From NCBI GenBank assembly GCA_035221665.1, contig CM069149.1, positions 19,964,001 through 20,028,000 of the forward strand: a stretch of DNA of 64,000 nucleotides, in the 5' to 3' direction. Origin of the DNA: Okamejei kenojei. Lineage: Eukaryota. Shown piece after piece: positions 39,058 through 51,669 of the stretch; positions within the stretch are counted from its first letter, which is position 1, and every line of letters starts with the position of its first letter. Below the pieces are notes generated by a model. The model saw only the letters and a program-made list of their open reading frames with translations. It made no database searches and was not told where the DNA came from. The translations under genes were made by a program, and so were the position numbers.

Positions 39058-39457
39058 TTAAGAAGGAACTGCAGAGGTGTTGGACGAAGCGATCGCCAAG
39101 CCTACGCATGGTCCGGCGATCGCTCCGTCCAACACCTCCACTTGGTTCGCAATAACCAACCTAATCTCCCGGTCGCTCAGCACTTCAACTCCCCCTCCCA
39201 TTCCGAATCCGACCTTTCTGTCCTGGGCCCCCTCCATGGACCACTGTATTGGTTGGGCAGTCTGCACCCCAGCGGTATGAACATTGACTTCTCTAATTTC
39301 AGATAACCCCTACTTTCTCCTCCCCTTCTCAGCTCTTCCACAGCAAACTGTCTCCACCTCTTCCTTTCTTCTTCCCCCCCCCCCCTCCCCCCACATCAGT
39401 CTGAAGGATGTCGACCCGAAACGTCATCCATTCCTTCTCTCCATAGATGCTGCCTCA
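39058..39457 (+). mobile_element. Penelope-like element 3' fragment (GIY-YIG C-terminus + pLTR) with 5' inversion
   Basis: HLHLVRNNQPNLPVAQHFNSPSHSESDLSVLG...LGSLHPSGMNIDFSNFR followed by CTGAAGGATGTCGACCCGAAACGTC; 24-bp inverted repeat 39074-39097 / 39115-39138. Confidence 0.85.
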
Positions 39458-39502
39458 CAATAGCAACTTTGTTCTCTTTGGTTCAGATGCAGGACAATAT
39501 AT

Positions 39503-39622
39503 GTGGGAAGGAACTGCAGATGTTGATTATATACCAAAGATAGAGACAAAACTCTGGAGTAACTCATCGGGACATGCAGCATCTCTGGAGAGAAGGAATG
39601 GGTGACGTTTCAGGTCAAGACA
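39503..39622 (-). repeat. Penelope pLTR-derived repeat
   Basis: GAAGGAACTGCAGATG...GAGTAACTCATCGGGACATGCAGCATCTCTGGAGAGAAGGAATGGGTGACGTTTCAGGTC. Confidence 0.85.
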
Positions 39623-40020
39623 ATATAGTTTTCCTACTCTGGTTCCTAGTGATGTGTACAAGAGCAGCAATATGATCAGATTTATTGACCTAATAAGCCA
39701 GAGTGCCCTCTTCCTGCAGTTACGAAATGCTGAGGATCAAACTATGACATTCTTTGGTGTAAAATAGTCAGCTGAATAATCACTAAACAGTTTCACTTGG
39801 TGATAAATATTATGGAACTGTTGGTGTGAAAAGAACCATGCCTCTGCATGTATACAATGCTGCCCACAAAACACGAGTCACAGATTTTTTTTCATTAAAA
39901 TGTTGTTGGACCATGCCTTCTAAAATTACACGGGAAGAACAATGCGTTTTTGCAATCACGTAAATTTAGTTTTAAGACAATAAGGGACAAAACTTTTAAA
40001 GTGTCATCACAATTTGTTAG

Positions 40021-40132
40021 AGACAGGGAACTACAGATGCTGGGTTACACAAAAGGACGTAAAGTGCTGGAGTAATTCAGCCGGCCAGGCAACATCTCTG
40101 GAGAATATAGATAGGTGACATTTCGGGTCAGG
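40021..40132 (-). repeat. Penelope pLTR-derived repeat
   Basis: GGAACTACAGATGCTGG...GCTGGAGTAATTCAGC...GATAGGTGACATTTCGGGTC. Confidence 0.8.
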
Positions 40133-40608
40133 ATATTTAAAACTGATTGCAAGGGGAAATTATTTGACCTGCTGCGGTAAACATCAATAGAACATTATTT
40201 GCTTTGTTTAAGCAATTGAGAAGCGCACTAAATTATTCTTCAATGTGAGTAAAAACCCAGAAAAAACGGATTTACAAAATTTAAGCATCTGTATATTAAA
40301 TACTGAAACATACAGATATTAATTCAAGTTATTCCTGACATTGGAGTGTGCAGAATCAAAGACTGACAATTTTTACTTGAACCATGGTGGTATATCAGGA
40401 AATAATTGGATTTCTGGCTAATATTTTATTTGAGGCAACATTGTACAAAATGATTCTTCTAGTTGGCATTAATTAGCTACTTTACAACAAGGGTTGTGCA
40501 CAACTAACTCTCAAACTTAGCAGACAGATTACAAAAACCTGCAGATTTTGAATTGCAATCTTCATCACAACATGCATTTGGAATATGTTTGCATCAGACA
40601 ACTATAGA

Positions 40609-40727
40609 ATGAAGGGTCTTGACTCTAAACGTCACCTATTCCTTCGCTCCATAGATGCTGCCTCACCCGCTGAGTATCTCCAGCATTATCTACCTTCGAC
40701 ATATCCAGCATCTGCAGTTCCTTCTTA
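40609..40727 (+). mobile_element. Penelope pLTR-derived insertion
   Basis: GAAGGGTCTTGACTCTAAACGTCACCTATTCC...CAGCATCTGCAGTTCCTTCTT; 9-bp TSD AACTATAGA (40600-40608 / 40728-40736). Confidence 0.85.
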
Positions 40728-42093
40728 AACTATAGACAAGCAGATCTGTTCTGCTGTAACAGTATCATGTACAGTAAAAAATGGTGTTAAACTACAAAAT
40801 TGTCCAATTACCAAGACCTGTGCAAGAGCATCATACTATGGAGCAAGACACCAGCTTAGTGTTCAAGCAGTAAATAGTGTTCAAGCAGTAAATATGAAAA
40901 CAGCATTCAACCCATTTTAAACTGCCCCAGCTCCATACTGCAGAGTTACATAACACAAAGACCAAGTAAAAATCAGAGAGATTAAGTCAAATAAGGCAAG
41001 GGGATTTCTGTGAACATTGGAAACATACTCAAGTTCAATTTGCATCATGCTTGCTTATAGGCTTACACATATATTGTAAATCACTGGTCACATGTACCTG
41101 GAAGTAGGTTAGCAACTAAATTATAACAATATTGCTTTAAAAATGTTTTTTTCAATTTCTAGAATTCTGGCTTTTAAAAAGATCCTCTCAAAATGCACTC
41201 TTTTCCCAAAGACCAATCTGTTACCACTTTTTCTTTACTTGGTTGTAGAAAGTGCAGACACAAAAGTCTGGAGGCAGCATCGGTGCAAGTCTCTACTAGA
41301 AGAACAGCTTGTTTTAGTAAAGGATTATTTTCAGCTAAGGAATTTTCTGCATATGGCAACTTGCCTTTGAAAAGTGCTGTCCCACTTCACACATAAATTT
41401 CTTCACACTTACAAAATCCAAACTCAAGACAGTCACCATTTATGGAAATAGATTCCAGACAACTGTTTTGACCAAAGAAGCTAAACGTCTAAATAGTGTC
41501 TCACATTTTTGCCTAAAATTGGCTGAACTAACTTTAAGTTCAAATGAGATTCAAATTGTTTTATATCCATTTTTTAAGAACTGCTGTTAACACCAAAATA
41601 GAAGAACATGTAAGTGACACATTCTCTTTACAATTACAATGATATGATGAGGCTCAATCTGTATTTCACTGTGGGAAGTGAAACAGACAATCTGGTCAAG
41701 ACAGATTTCACAATTGACCTACATTTGATTAAATGGTCTCACCAGAGCTGCAGTGAAAGTTAAACAATTATTGTTGCCAGGACAAGCAGTAGAGGGAAAT
41801 TAGTCACAATTCTATCTTGATTGCTCCAGGTTTAGCATTCATATGACCGTTAGGTAAAGTTCCCGACCTTCAAATAAGAAAAATGTTGACATGTTCACAA
41901 TCACTTTTGTGTATAGAAGGGGAAGACAGCAAGTGTCATACGTTTGACTTCCTACAGAGTGCAAGCATTCACATCTCGGTCACTCCCCTGCACAGCAGAT
42001 CAACACATTAGTTGTTGTGTGTCTGTGTATGCGTATATGTATGCGTTTGTGCGTACACACTTTCAAAATGTCTACTGTTTTTTGTAATATACA

Positions 42094-43454
42094 CTAGACT
42101 AAGTGGGACACGGTGCGTCCCATGTTCACACGGGAAGGTTGGTTCCCCAACGCAATATTCTACCTCTCCACCAATTCCAATATTGGTGGCCAGTGTGAGG
42201 GGGGTGGAGGGGTGGACATTCTGGAGCGCTAGTATGGATGTTGAGGGCTGAAGGGACTGGTTTCCAGAGGGCTAGTATGGACATTGTTGGCCAGATGGAT
42301 TCTTGGGGTGGCAACTCAGTCACTCAAGCCTGATGTGCCGGCAGCTCACTCACTGCTGGTGGGCTGGCAGTTGACTCATGGCTATTCCTTGAAATTCCAT
42401 TTGAATGCAGGGCCACCAAATTCAAGTGCAGTTTCATACCACTTCAAGCAGGGTGAAACCACCATAAAACCACAAACACACTCGCAGTTCAGTAGACATT
42501 CTATGTGTTCAGTTGATTCACAGCTCAGAGTCGTGACCTCTCCCTCCCCCATCTTGCAGAGACAGAGCCACATCCACACTTCCGGGTTTTATCATCCCCC
42601 CCCCCCCCCCCCCCCCCCCCCAACTCACCGGAAGGGGCGTGGCCTTCATGGCATGATTAACAGGGGAGAGATTCTCAACAATTTTTAAACAGTAATAACA
42701 CTTATCTTTCATTGATGGGAAGAATCCTCTGCACTTGATGAGCGGAGGGGGACTGCGTAAAATGGCCAAAAATCACGGCCGTAAGTGGTAGCGTTTTATC
42801 TAAAATCAATACAGTGCAAACAGAAAGTTGTCGAGTTTACACTTTTAATCATTTGCCATTTCAAACCAAGCACCACCAACCATTTGCTGTGCTTTACGTT
42901 GCCTAGTTACGTGCCCGAAACATTGCCTATTTCCTTCGCTCCATAGATGCTGCTGCACCCCTGCTGAGTTTCTCCAGCATTTTTGTGTACCACCAACCAT
43001 TTTCTGTGCTTTATTTCAAACCAACCACCACCAACCATTTGCTGTGCTTTATTTCAAACCAACCACATTAAGGGCACTCGAGGTCAGTAAAACCACTCTC
43101 AGTTTAGTAGACATGTGTTCAGTGTTATTCACAGCTCAGACTGAGAGACATGACCCTCTTGCTTCCCCCATCTTGCAGAGACTGGCTGAGGCACTCAACA
43201 CTTGACTGACTGAGGCACTCAACCGGGTTTTATAGTCCCTCCGAAAGGGGCGTGGCCTTCAGGAGAGAAAATCTCAACATTTAAAAAACACTAATAACTC
43301 TTATTTTTCATCAATGGGAAAAATGTTATTGTCCTGCGCAGCGGAGGGGGACTGAGTAAGATGGCCAAAAATCACAGCCGCAAGTGGCAGCGTTTTTTCT
43401 AAAATCAATATACAGAACAGGAAGTGGTCAAGATCAGACATTTAGTAATATAGA
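42094..43454 (-). mobile_element. Non-autonomous Helitron with duplicated 5' module and a nested pLTR fragment (42914-42992)
   Basis: Minus strand 5' TCTATATTACTAAA and 3' CTAG|T; subterminal hairpin TGGGAC-acggtgc-GTCCCA (42104-42122); homologous to 34447-35273. Confidence 0.8.
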
Positions 43455-45213
43455 CAAAAAACCGTCCAACTAATTCCTACAATATATTTTCCAATGCTCT
43501 TTGTGCTCAGGGTTCCAACCAAGACCATTTTTGAAACTTTGCTTAGTTTTTCAGTGCTCTCCAATCACAAAAAAATGATCAGTTACCATCAATAGCGCTC
43601 ATCACCTTAAAAACTGCAGCTGATTTTTCTGATCTAACCTCTTCTGCTTCAGTTTAAGATGGTTCAGTGTACTCGCCTTGTTCATTCACATTCCTGATAT
43701 CATTTGACAAATCATTCTGAAGGTTTTAATTTATTTTAGATTCTAGCATTCAATAATAGACCAAAAATTAATAATTATATACAAATTGATCACAATGACT
43801 GTTCCATTCCCCTACTTACAGGCTATATTTGTTGTGACTATTACTTGATATCGGTTACAATTTAATATAATATGTAATTAGATTGCCCATAAAGCTTCAT
43901 GGTGATGGAATACACAGATGTACTCAAATGCCCATGGGGGTTAAGTATTTAGAATCAGATGAATTACTGGGGTTAAGGATAACAAAAAAAAACACTTGAA
44001 TTTAGAGCACCTAATCATACGTTTAAAACTTTCAATGTACACAACTCTGTGAATCTGTTAGCATGTGGTTTCCATTCATCGTGCAATCAGTTTACTGATT
44101 ACTTCTCATCTGATAAAGATTCTAGATTAATCAGCATTCAAAAAGGCACAGAACTGGGCAGGATATTAAAAACAAGCAACTCAAAACACCTCTATAATAT
44201 TGACTAAACATAGGGATCATTATAAACTTTGATTCCAGTGCTGCAATGAAATAACTGATCTGGGTTCCAACATCTGATGAATAGCCAACAATCTAATATC
44301 AATTAGATGACCATGCTCAACTGAGTGCTCATGTGGGCTACCTGTTTGCCAATAGTCATCTTAAGCATGAATGAACGTGAGCAGTCAATACCACTGAGCA
44401 AAGGCCGTAAAGAGCTCATTTCAAAATTCTAAGAAAATGGAAACTTGAAGACAGATTGCTATTTGATTGTTGCTATCAAGAAATGCTTCTGTGCAACAAA
44501 ACGTTTTCTCACTGTAGACACTTCTATTTGCGTAATGCTATACAGATTTTAAATCAATACCATAACATGGGGTAAGATCAGCTAATTCAGCAGAAAATTA
44601 AGTATACTGGGAGGAGAAATCACAAAGCTCTAACTACTTTTGAGACACCAATATTGAGTGATCATAAATCAGCCCTGTATGTGAAAAGTTCTCAGACTGG
44701 ATTGCACAGAAAAGCAGCTGCAGAGCACAACTTCTTGCCATCTGTTTTCCTGAGTTCCAAAATAATAAAATCAAGTGTTTTTCTTTTGTATCCAATTCAT
44801 TTTTTGATTTTCTTTAGAAAAATTCAAGTTGGTAGAATGTCATTTGCAAAAAAAGGTTTATTATTGGGCCACAAAGTTACTTATCAGTGGAGAATTAGAT
44901 CTGATAAAGCAAATCAATCTACTGAGTAAAGACTATTAAATAAACAAAGATTCCATCAGCCTGAGAATGCCCAAATCCCCCTCACCATTACCATTTTCTA
45001 AACAGTATATAGATTATTACTGATAACAGATTATTAAAGGTCACAATTTAAACTGGGAACCATAAAGGGATTTCTCACATTTCCGATCTAAACCCTTGAT
45101 TAGTCTCAATCAGTTCCTTATAACCAAAATATCTCCCTTGTAACTACCTGCAAAGCAAGATTTCTAGTATTCAAGTGCAGTGTAAATTTAAAAGTAAAAA
45201 GGAATTTATTCTT

Positions 45214-45368
45214 TTAAAGAAGGAACTGCAGATGCTGGAGAATCGAGGGTACACAAAAAGCTGGAGAAACTCAGCGGGTGCAGCAGCATCTAAGGAGCGA
45301 AGGAGATATCTCCTTCGCTCCTTAGATGCTGCTGCACCCGCTGAGTTTCTCCAGCTTTTTGTGTACCC
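45214..45368. mobile_element. Penelope pLTR-derived insertion containing a perfect 122-bp palindrome
   Basis: Arms 45247-45307 and 45308-45368 are exact reverse complements centred on GATATC; 14-bp TSD AGGAATTTATTCTT (45200-45213 / 45369-45382). Confidence 0.95.
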
Positions 45369-45747
45369 AGGAATTTATTCTTGCCTTTTCATAGATATTT
45401 CTATCACGATCCTGCATGTAGGCTCTAGCAAAACTTTTTTTAAAGTCGGATAATGTGGCAGATGGTGTTCCACAGTCACTTTATATGTTGCATCTCACAT
45501 TTGTTTCTTAACATCTATTCTCACCTTCACTTAATAACAGCTTTTAAACACATTCAATGGAATGTGGGTGAAGAATAAATAAACCACTAGAAAGCAAAAG
45601 GAACGGGCATTGCTATTTTGCTGCTTCTTATTTCATTTATATAGCCATTGAATTTAAACCGACTTGCATGGCAGGCAAGGCCAAAATAAAAAAAGTTTAC
45701 AACAGGCAACAGTTCAAACAACCACCACAACCACCCTAAACCATAAT

Positions 45748-46359
45748 GGGCCTGTCCTACTTAGGCGACTGCAAGAGACTATGCGGTCGTCACATGTTCG
45801 TGGGAGGTTGCCGGAGAGTCGCCTTCATGGTCATGAGGAGTTCCTGCATACATGTTGAAATATTAGCGGCGACTAGAATGAAGCCGCCATGGTGAGTAGC
45901 GAGAATTCTCGTGCCGTAGGTGGGTTGCAAGGAGGTCCTAGTGGGTTGCCAGGAGGTTGAAGGTTCTCTTAGGTTTTCGTAGGTTGTAGCCAGTGCTGAC
46001 AGGTGAACTTCATTGGCTCATTGGGGGTGAAAAAATGTAAGCAGTAGTTTTCAGAACCACGGATAACCGACCAGTAATGTTAAATGTCCGCCGAACTTCA
46101 CAGCCGTGTATATCGGGCTTCTTAAACGTTGTCGCCACTCCTTCTCCTTCCCCCTCTTTTAAAGGACTTACCATACACTGTGCTTTAGCCATCTTAATTA
46201 CAGCGCCAACCTCCCTGTTCACTGCGGTGTGTGTCTGTATCACCTTGGCTTTGCACCGTGTGAATTTCAGACAGCCCCTCCCCTCCCTTTGCGATGCGTG
46301 TGCGTGCGTGTCTGAGTTGCCAGCAGATGCCTGAAAAATCGCCTAAGTGGGACAGGCCC
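45748..46359. mobile_element. PIF/Harbinger-like MITE
   Basis: TIRs GGGCCTGTCCTACTTAGGCGA / TCGCCTAAGTGGGACAGGCCC (1 mismatch); flanks AAT / ATT; no ORF. Confidence 0.8.
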
Positions 46360-46869
46360 ATTCATATAACCCTTAGTATGCATAAAGAATCCTTACTAAA
46401 ATATCAGCTAATCATACTTTTACTAATTTTCCAGTTAAGTTGGCATTAACATATAACAACTTTTAAATTGATTTGGTAAATTATAGTTATGCTTTCCACT
46501 GTAAAGTACTTCTCTAATGAGAAATTATTTACTTTTGTATTTACACTGCAATTGACTAGTGCTGAAGTATTTATGTTTGACCACAGCTTCAAAGAACAAA
46601 TAAACAAGTGGGATGGTAATCCAATGAGTGAATATTCAATTCATAAATAATTACTCAGAGGCCAAACACAAGTGTCAGTCCTAAAATAACTAAGGCAGAC
46701 TGATGTTTGGGCTCCAAACGTTTTCCCTAATTCAGCTAAGATTCTCTCTTCAACTTGCTCCCTATGTTATCCCAAAGTCTCTAGTTGCCCCAATTGAGTG
46801 ATACCAATATACAAAAATGAATAATGGGTTTCTGAGGGCTATTCAATAAGGAACCCATTTTCCTAAACA

Positions 46870-47090
46870 GATAGACACAAAATGCTGGGGTAACTAAATG
46901 CAGGACAGGCAGCGTCTCTGGATAGAAGGAATGGGTGAAGTTGTGGGTCAAGACCCTATTGAATGTCTGAAGAAGGGTCCAGACCTGAAACGTCACCCAT
47001 TCTTTCTATCCAGAGATGCTGCCTATCTTGCCGAGTTACTCCAGCATTGTGTGTCCATCTTCACTGTAAGATAGCATCTGCAGTTCCTTC
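46870..47090. repeat. Inverted pair of Penelope pLTR repeats; right arm has an intact hammerhead-like core
   Basis: CTGAAGAAGGGTCCAGACCTGAAACGTC at 46967-46994; arms are imperfect reverse complements. Confidence 0.88.
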
Positions 47091-47789
47091 CGAAACACTC
47101 ATCCTCAAAGAGAATCTGCCTGCACTGCATCATGAGTACATAATAAATGCAAATCATGAAATAAAATATGTATCTCTTCCTTAGAATAACTACACTGGGG
47201 CTCTTGCAAATCAACTACTGAGATCATATTACCAACTAACTTGAACCTTAAATTCATGCAACTATTCAAGCAAACCCCCCAGCAGCATTTATCATTCACT
47301 GTCACTATCAGCTCTCTCCCCCCACCCCCCCAAAAAAAGGCCAGAGTCCATAACGACTTATCAACCAGGTATCACCTGATACAATTACTTGTACAACTAT
47401 TACTTGCATATTGATTGTAGTGCAGGTTCAGTTTCAAATTGAAGCAATAATATAAAAGTACAGCAAAGGCAAATAACAGAAACCGCAAGAATCCAACACT
47501 TCCCCATACAAAAGCTCTATTTTTAATCCTTCTGATTAAATCCTCAATCAACAATCTGTGCCCTGGATACATCTTGCCTGGAATGTCTCCATCCACCTCC
47601 TTCCTCTTACACCGTGGAGAAACAACCTGTTCAGCATCTTATGCTGAATATTGGAAAAGATCAAACTTCTATGTAACTACTGGCTGGCAGAGAAAAATAA
47701 ATAAATCATACTACTAAAGTGCCAATAAGGTGTGTACCAACTTGGAGAGTTGCCCAATGTTATTTTGCTTATAATTATGAGGAACATAT

Positions 47790-48030
47790 AAAAGACAACA
47801 AATAAACGGGCCCTTCAGCCCACTATGTCCATAACAAAAATGATACGGTTAAACAAATCTCCTCTATCACATTCCTCCACTCACTGTCCCTACGAAAGGC
47901 CTGTTCTATCTGCCTCCACCACCATTCCTGGCAATGTGTTCCAGGCACCCAGCGCTCTATAAAAAACTTGTCTTCTTTAAACTTTGCTCCCTCACATTAA
48001 AGCTAAGTCCACATGTTCTTGAGATTTCGA
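47790..48030 (-). mobile_element. Old CR1 3' fragment
   Basis: GGCCCTTCAGCCCAC tail; CCTGGCAATGTGTTCCAGGCACCC (GAWNTLP). Confidence 0.6.
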
Positions 48031-48380
48031 TTCTGCTTATTGGGTGGAATAGCACTGATAAAGTAATTCAGTGATAAAGTAAAAATTAGATTACAGTAAC
48101 CATAAGGTTAAAAGGATGAACGGTAGCACAGTTTCAAACATTCCTTCAAGAGCCGTGTAACTTTGTCTTGACAGGCAATCCTTTGCTTTTTGACCATGCA
48201 TTTGTCATTTGCTGACTATCGTAATGTAGATGATGTCACCTCTAAACCACCAGTGAAAGCAACTATTAAAAGTGCAAGCTGGTATGGTAAAATATCCTAT
48301 CCACACGTGAGGACTACATCAAACTTGGAGCAAAACGTCAACATTTAAATCACTTATATTTAAAGTTAAAAGTTGAGCAG

Positions 48381-48675
48381 TCTTGACCCGAAACATCACC
48401 CATTCCTTCTCTAGAGATGCTGCCTGTCCCACTGAGTTACTCCAGCACTTTGTGTTTATCTAAAGTAAAGTTTAATTTATTTTGGTTAATTGGAATCAAT
48501 TGTGTTAGCAGCCAAACATTCGTGCTTGGTCTGCCAAGGCCTGCTGGATCTCCCATTTGCTAACCATTTTAACTCCCCTTTACCATACTGACCTTTCTGT
48601 TCTGGGCCACCTCCATTGCCAGAGTGTGGCCATATGCAAACTGGAGAAACAGTACCTCATTCAGCTTGGGTAGTA
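48381..48675 (+). mobile_element. pLTR fragment (48381-48460) and Penelope GIY-YIG fragment (48511-48675)
   Basis: GACCCGAAACATCACCCATTCC...; degenerate LP(F)ANHFNSP...DLSVLG.LHCQS. Confidence 0.7.
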
Positions 48676-51103
48676 TGAATTAACTATTGAATTAAAATAC
48701 CATGAGATTTTCCACAAAGAATGAAGGCATCTTGAAAATCAGAAACTACAACAATTATAGAACATCTCAAATGTATAAGGCTGGTAATGTATTGTTTGAA
48801 AATAGTTAAGCCAAAGAAGCCCAGCAGAGATATTAGAGTTGGTTCAATTCCCAATCTTCTTGCAGGCAAATAAAAGAAAATGCAATTAAAATTGTTTTGT
48901 GGAAGATATCAAACAGGCTACAGTGGTTAACAATACTAACCCATGGGTAGTAATACTAAGCAATGTGGGCAGGCTAATTAAAGGAAAATGAAAAAATCAA
49001 GAGTAAAATCATGACATAAGTCAAAGAACAAGAATGTGAATTTCTAGATGCCAGACAACAGGAAAGACAGCCAAGGCTTTAGTGAATTGTTTAAAACTGT
49101 CAGAACACAGATAACATTGAGATGTATTATGAATGTGACAGTCAGTGCGCAAAAGGCGATAATAAAGTCAGGGCGATCCACATCAGGATGTCACTCGCTC
49201 GAAATAATCATGGATGTAAGGAATATTTTGAAGATGTACTGATATCAGAGATATGACAGCGGCAGAAAAGAATTAACATTGATGGGTGACAAAGCAAGTT
49301 GAACTTTTTTTGTTTGGAATCATTAAAATAATATTTTCAAGTAAGTATTTCATTTGACTTTGTAAGATCTTGTTGTGTGTAAGTTGCTTCTCTATAAAAA
49401 ATTGCAACGACCATACTTCAATGTAAATTGGTCATAAGGCCCTTTAGGGCTTTGGAATGCCCTTAAGAACAAAATGCAAGTTTATTTTGGTTGTTAATAC
49501 AAAAGTAATTAAAATGTTCACCTTCATTTCTAGAACCACAATAAAAAAGGGTCGATTTTGGAACTGCTGACTGAATTGCCCAAAACTTTTCAAAATTAAA
49601 TTACTACAAGTATAGTGTTAGCTACACCTGGACAATGAGAGGTTTATATTAAACTGATCTTCAAACCCGCACGCTATTTTTCAAAGGAAGTGTTTGATTA
49701 ACAATGAGACATTATAAATGTAACATGAACAAGGTATGATGTAAACAGAAGAGATGCTGAATGTTTTCTTTTGAGCCACTCGCAAATTCTCTGAAGGGTG
49801 ATCACAATTATGAGCCCCCAACTGAGCTACTAGTACTTGTTTACACAACTGGAAACTATCCACAGCTGCTCTTCCAATAGACATTTCTCTACTAATAGAA
49901 CATGTGGGTGCAAATCAACATTGTTGAAGTGTGAAATATTAACAAAAATCATTACATACTAAAAGTTGTTCCAGCAGTTGCATTTTGTGCACAGAAAGTG
50001 TACAATGGAACATTAAAGCAATAAAACCATTTTTTTTAAACCGCATCTAATAAAAATGGAATCCCAACCACAAATTTGAGTTCCATTAATTCTACCAAGT
50101 AAGTCTGATAATTTTTAATCAGATTTCAAGATGTTTTGAAACAAGTTAATAAAAAATTGGGCATGATAAAGTTGTGTTTTTATTTCAGGTAATTTCCTTT
50201 TTAAATATGTTGCATCTAAACACTAAATTATCTAAACTTATACTTCTATTGTAGTTGTGTGGAAAAACACAATAACAAAATTTATCCCTTGCCAGATTTA
50301 ACATACTAAAACCAAACACTAAATAACCAAAAGTTGATTTTGTTTTAATTGAGAAAGGAAACATTCTCCACAAATCAAATCAAACAACTTCATGTAATTT
50401 ACTTATATCTAATTCTTCGATAGCATGCCGTTTGTGAGTAGCGAAGTTTCAAAGTCCATTTAAGAAAGAGCTATTCATGTTTCGTGAGCAGGGCAGCATT
50501 ACTACAGGATGAGCTAATTTGAAGGGAATTAGCCACAACTAATTGCAAGTCTTCCTGCTTTGTTCAGCATTTGGATCCCTCTCTGCACATGGTCAAATGA
50601 TGAAGCGCTGCAAAAGTTAGGAGTACTAATCTATTGATTTATTTTATAGTTTCTAGCAATATTAATTATTTCAACTCATAAATATTCTTTTTTTCACTCT
50701 CTCTCTTTGAGTGGCTCCCTACACTTTCCACAAAGGACCTTTGCCCTTTCGGTCGCAAATCCAGATGTACTAAGCACTCTTCCACTTCAGTCAAGTGGCC
50801 ACAAAACGACATCATAAACGGTTCCACAGGAGGAAGCATCTCACACCATCTATTTTTCTTTTTGCCTTAAACGTTACATTTTTAATAAAACATTAATTGC
50901 GATGAAAAATCTAAATTGCCCAAATAGCAACCAAATCGGAGGCATCGTTTAATCGTTGAACGGAAGCGTCACTTGATCATTTACATCTCGAATGTTATAA
51001 CTGTAATTTATTTAACTGGCTTACACTATGACTTCGAGCGTCGTAACTGGATCTCCAAGTGCATTAGGGGGAATACTCTTTGGTTGTCCAAGTGCAATAT
51101 GCG

Positions 51104-51148
51104 TTGCAATGTCCAATACAAATTGCAATGTCCAATACAAATTGCAAT
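51104..51148. repeat. 19-bp tandem repeat
   Basis: TTGCAATGTCCAATACAAA, about 2.4 copies. Confidence 0.85.
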
Positions 51149-51261
51149 TGGGCATCCAAAGGCGCTAGGTACTACCCCAAACATACATTTTGCCTGAGCA
51201 CTCGAATCTCAACCACATCTCAACTCTACGGGGAAGTTTTATTTTTAAGAAAACCGTATTG

Positions 51262-51355
51262 GTGTTGGATGATCAGCCATGATCATATTGAATGGCGGTG
51301 CAGGCTCGAAGGGCCGAATGGCCTGCTCCTGCACCTAATTTCTATGTTTCTATGT
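51262..51355 (+). mobile_element. CR1 3' tail (short insertion in intron 1)
   Basis: GATGATCAGCCATGATCATATTGAATGGCGGTGCAGGCTCGAAGGGCCGAATGGCC...TTCTATGTTTCTATGT. Confidence 0.9.
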
Positions 51356-51562
51356 AATCGATTTAACCAAGAGTTGTAAACCACATTTGTGCGGGGTGCA
51401 GATGTACATCTTCGAAGGAGAAATCCACCTTTCGTTGTCACGTTTTCAGGCAGATCGGCAGCAAATCATGGGAACTTGGCAATGCAACGAAAGTCCCCGT
51501 TTGCCAAAACACGGATGAATGCGTTTTCTCTCCATTGCAAAACTCTGATTATTTTTAATTGT

Positions 51563-51565
<3 letters not shown>

Positions 51566-51593
<28 letters not shown>
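51566..51593 (+). repeat. G28 homopolymer in intron 1
   Basis: 28 consecutive G, about 76 nt inside intron 1. Confidence 0.9.
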
Positions 51594-51669
51594 TTGAGAG
51601 AAATGTTTCGGGGAAGGATGGAAATGGAGTGGAAAAGAATGGGGAAAGTTTGCATGGGTGCATACTCAC

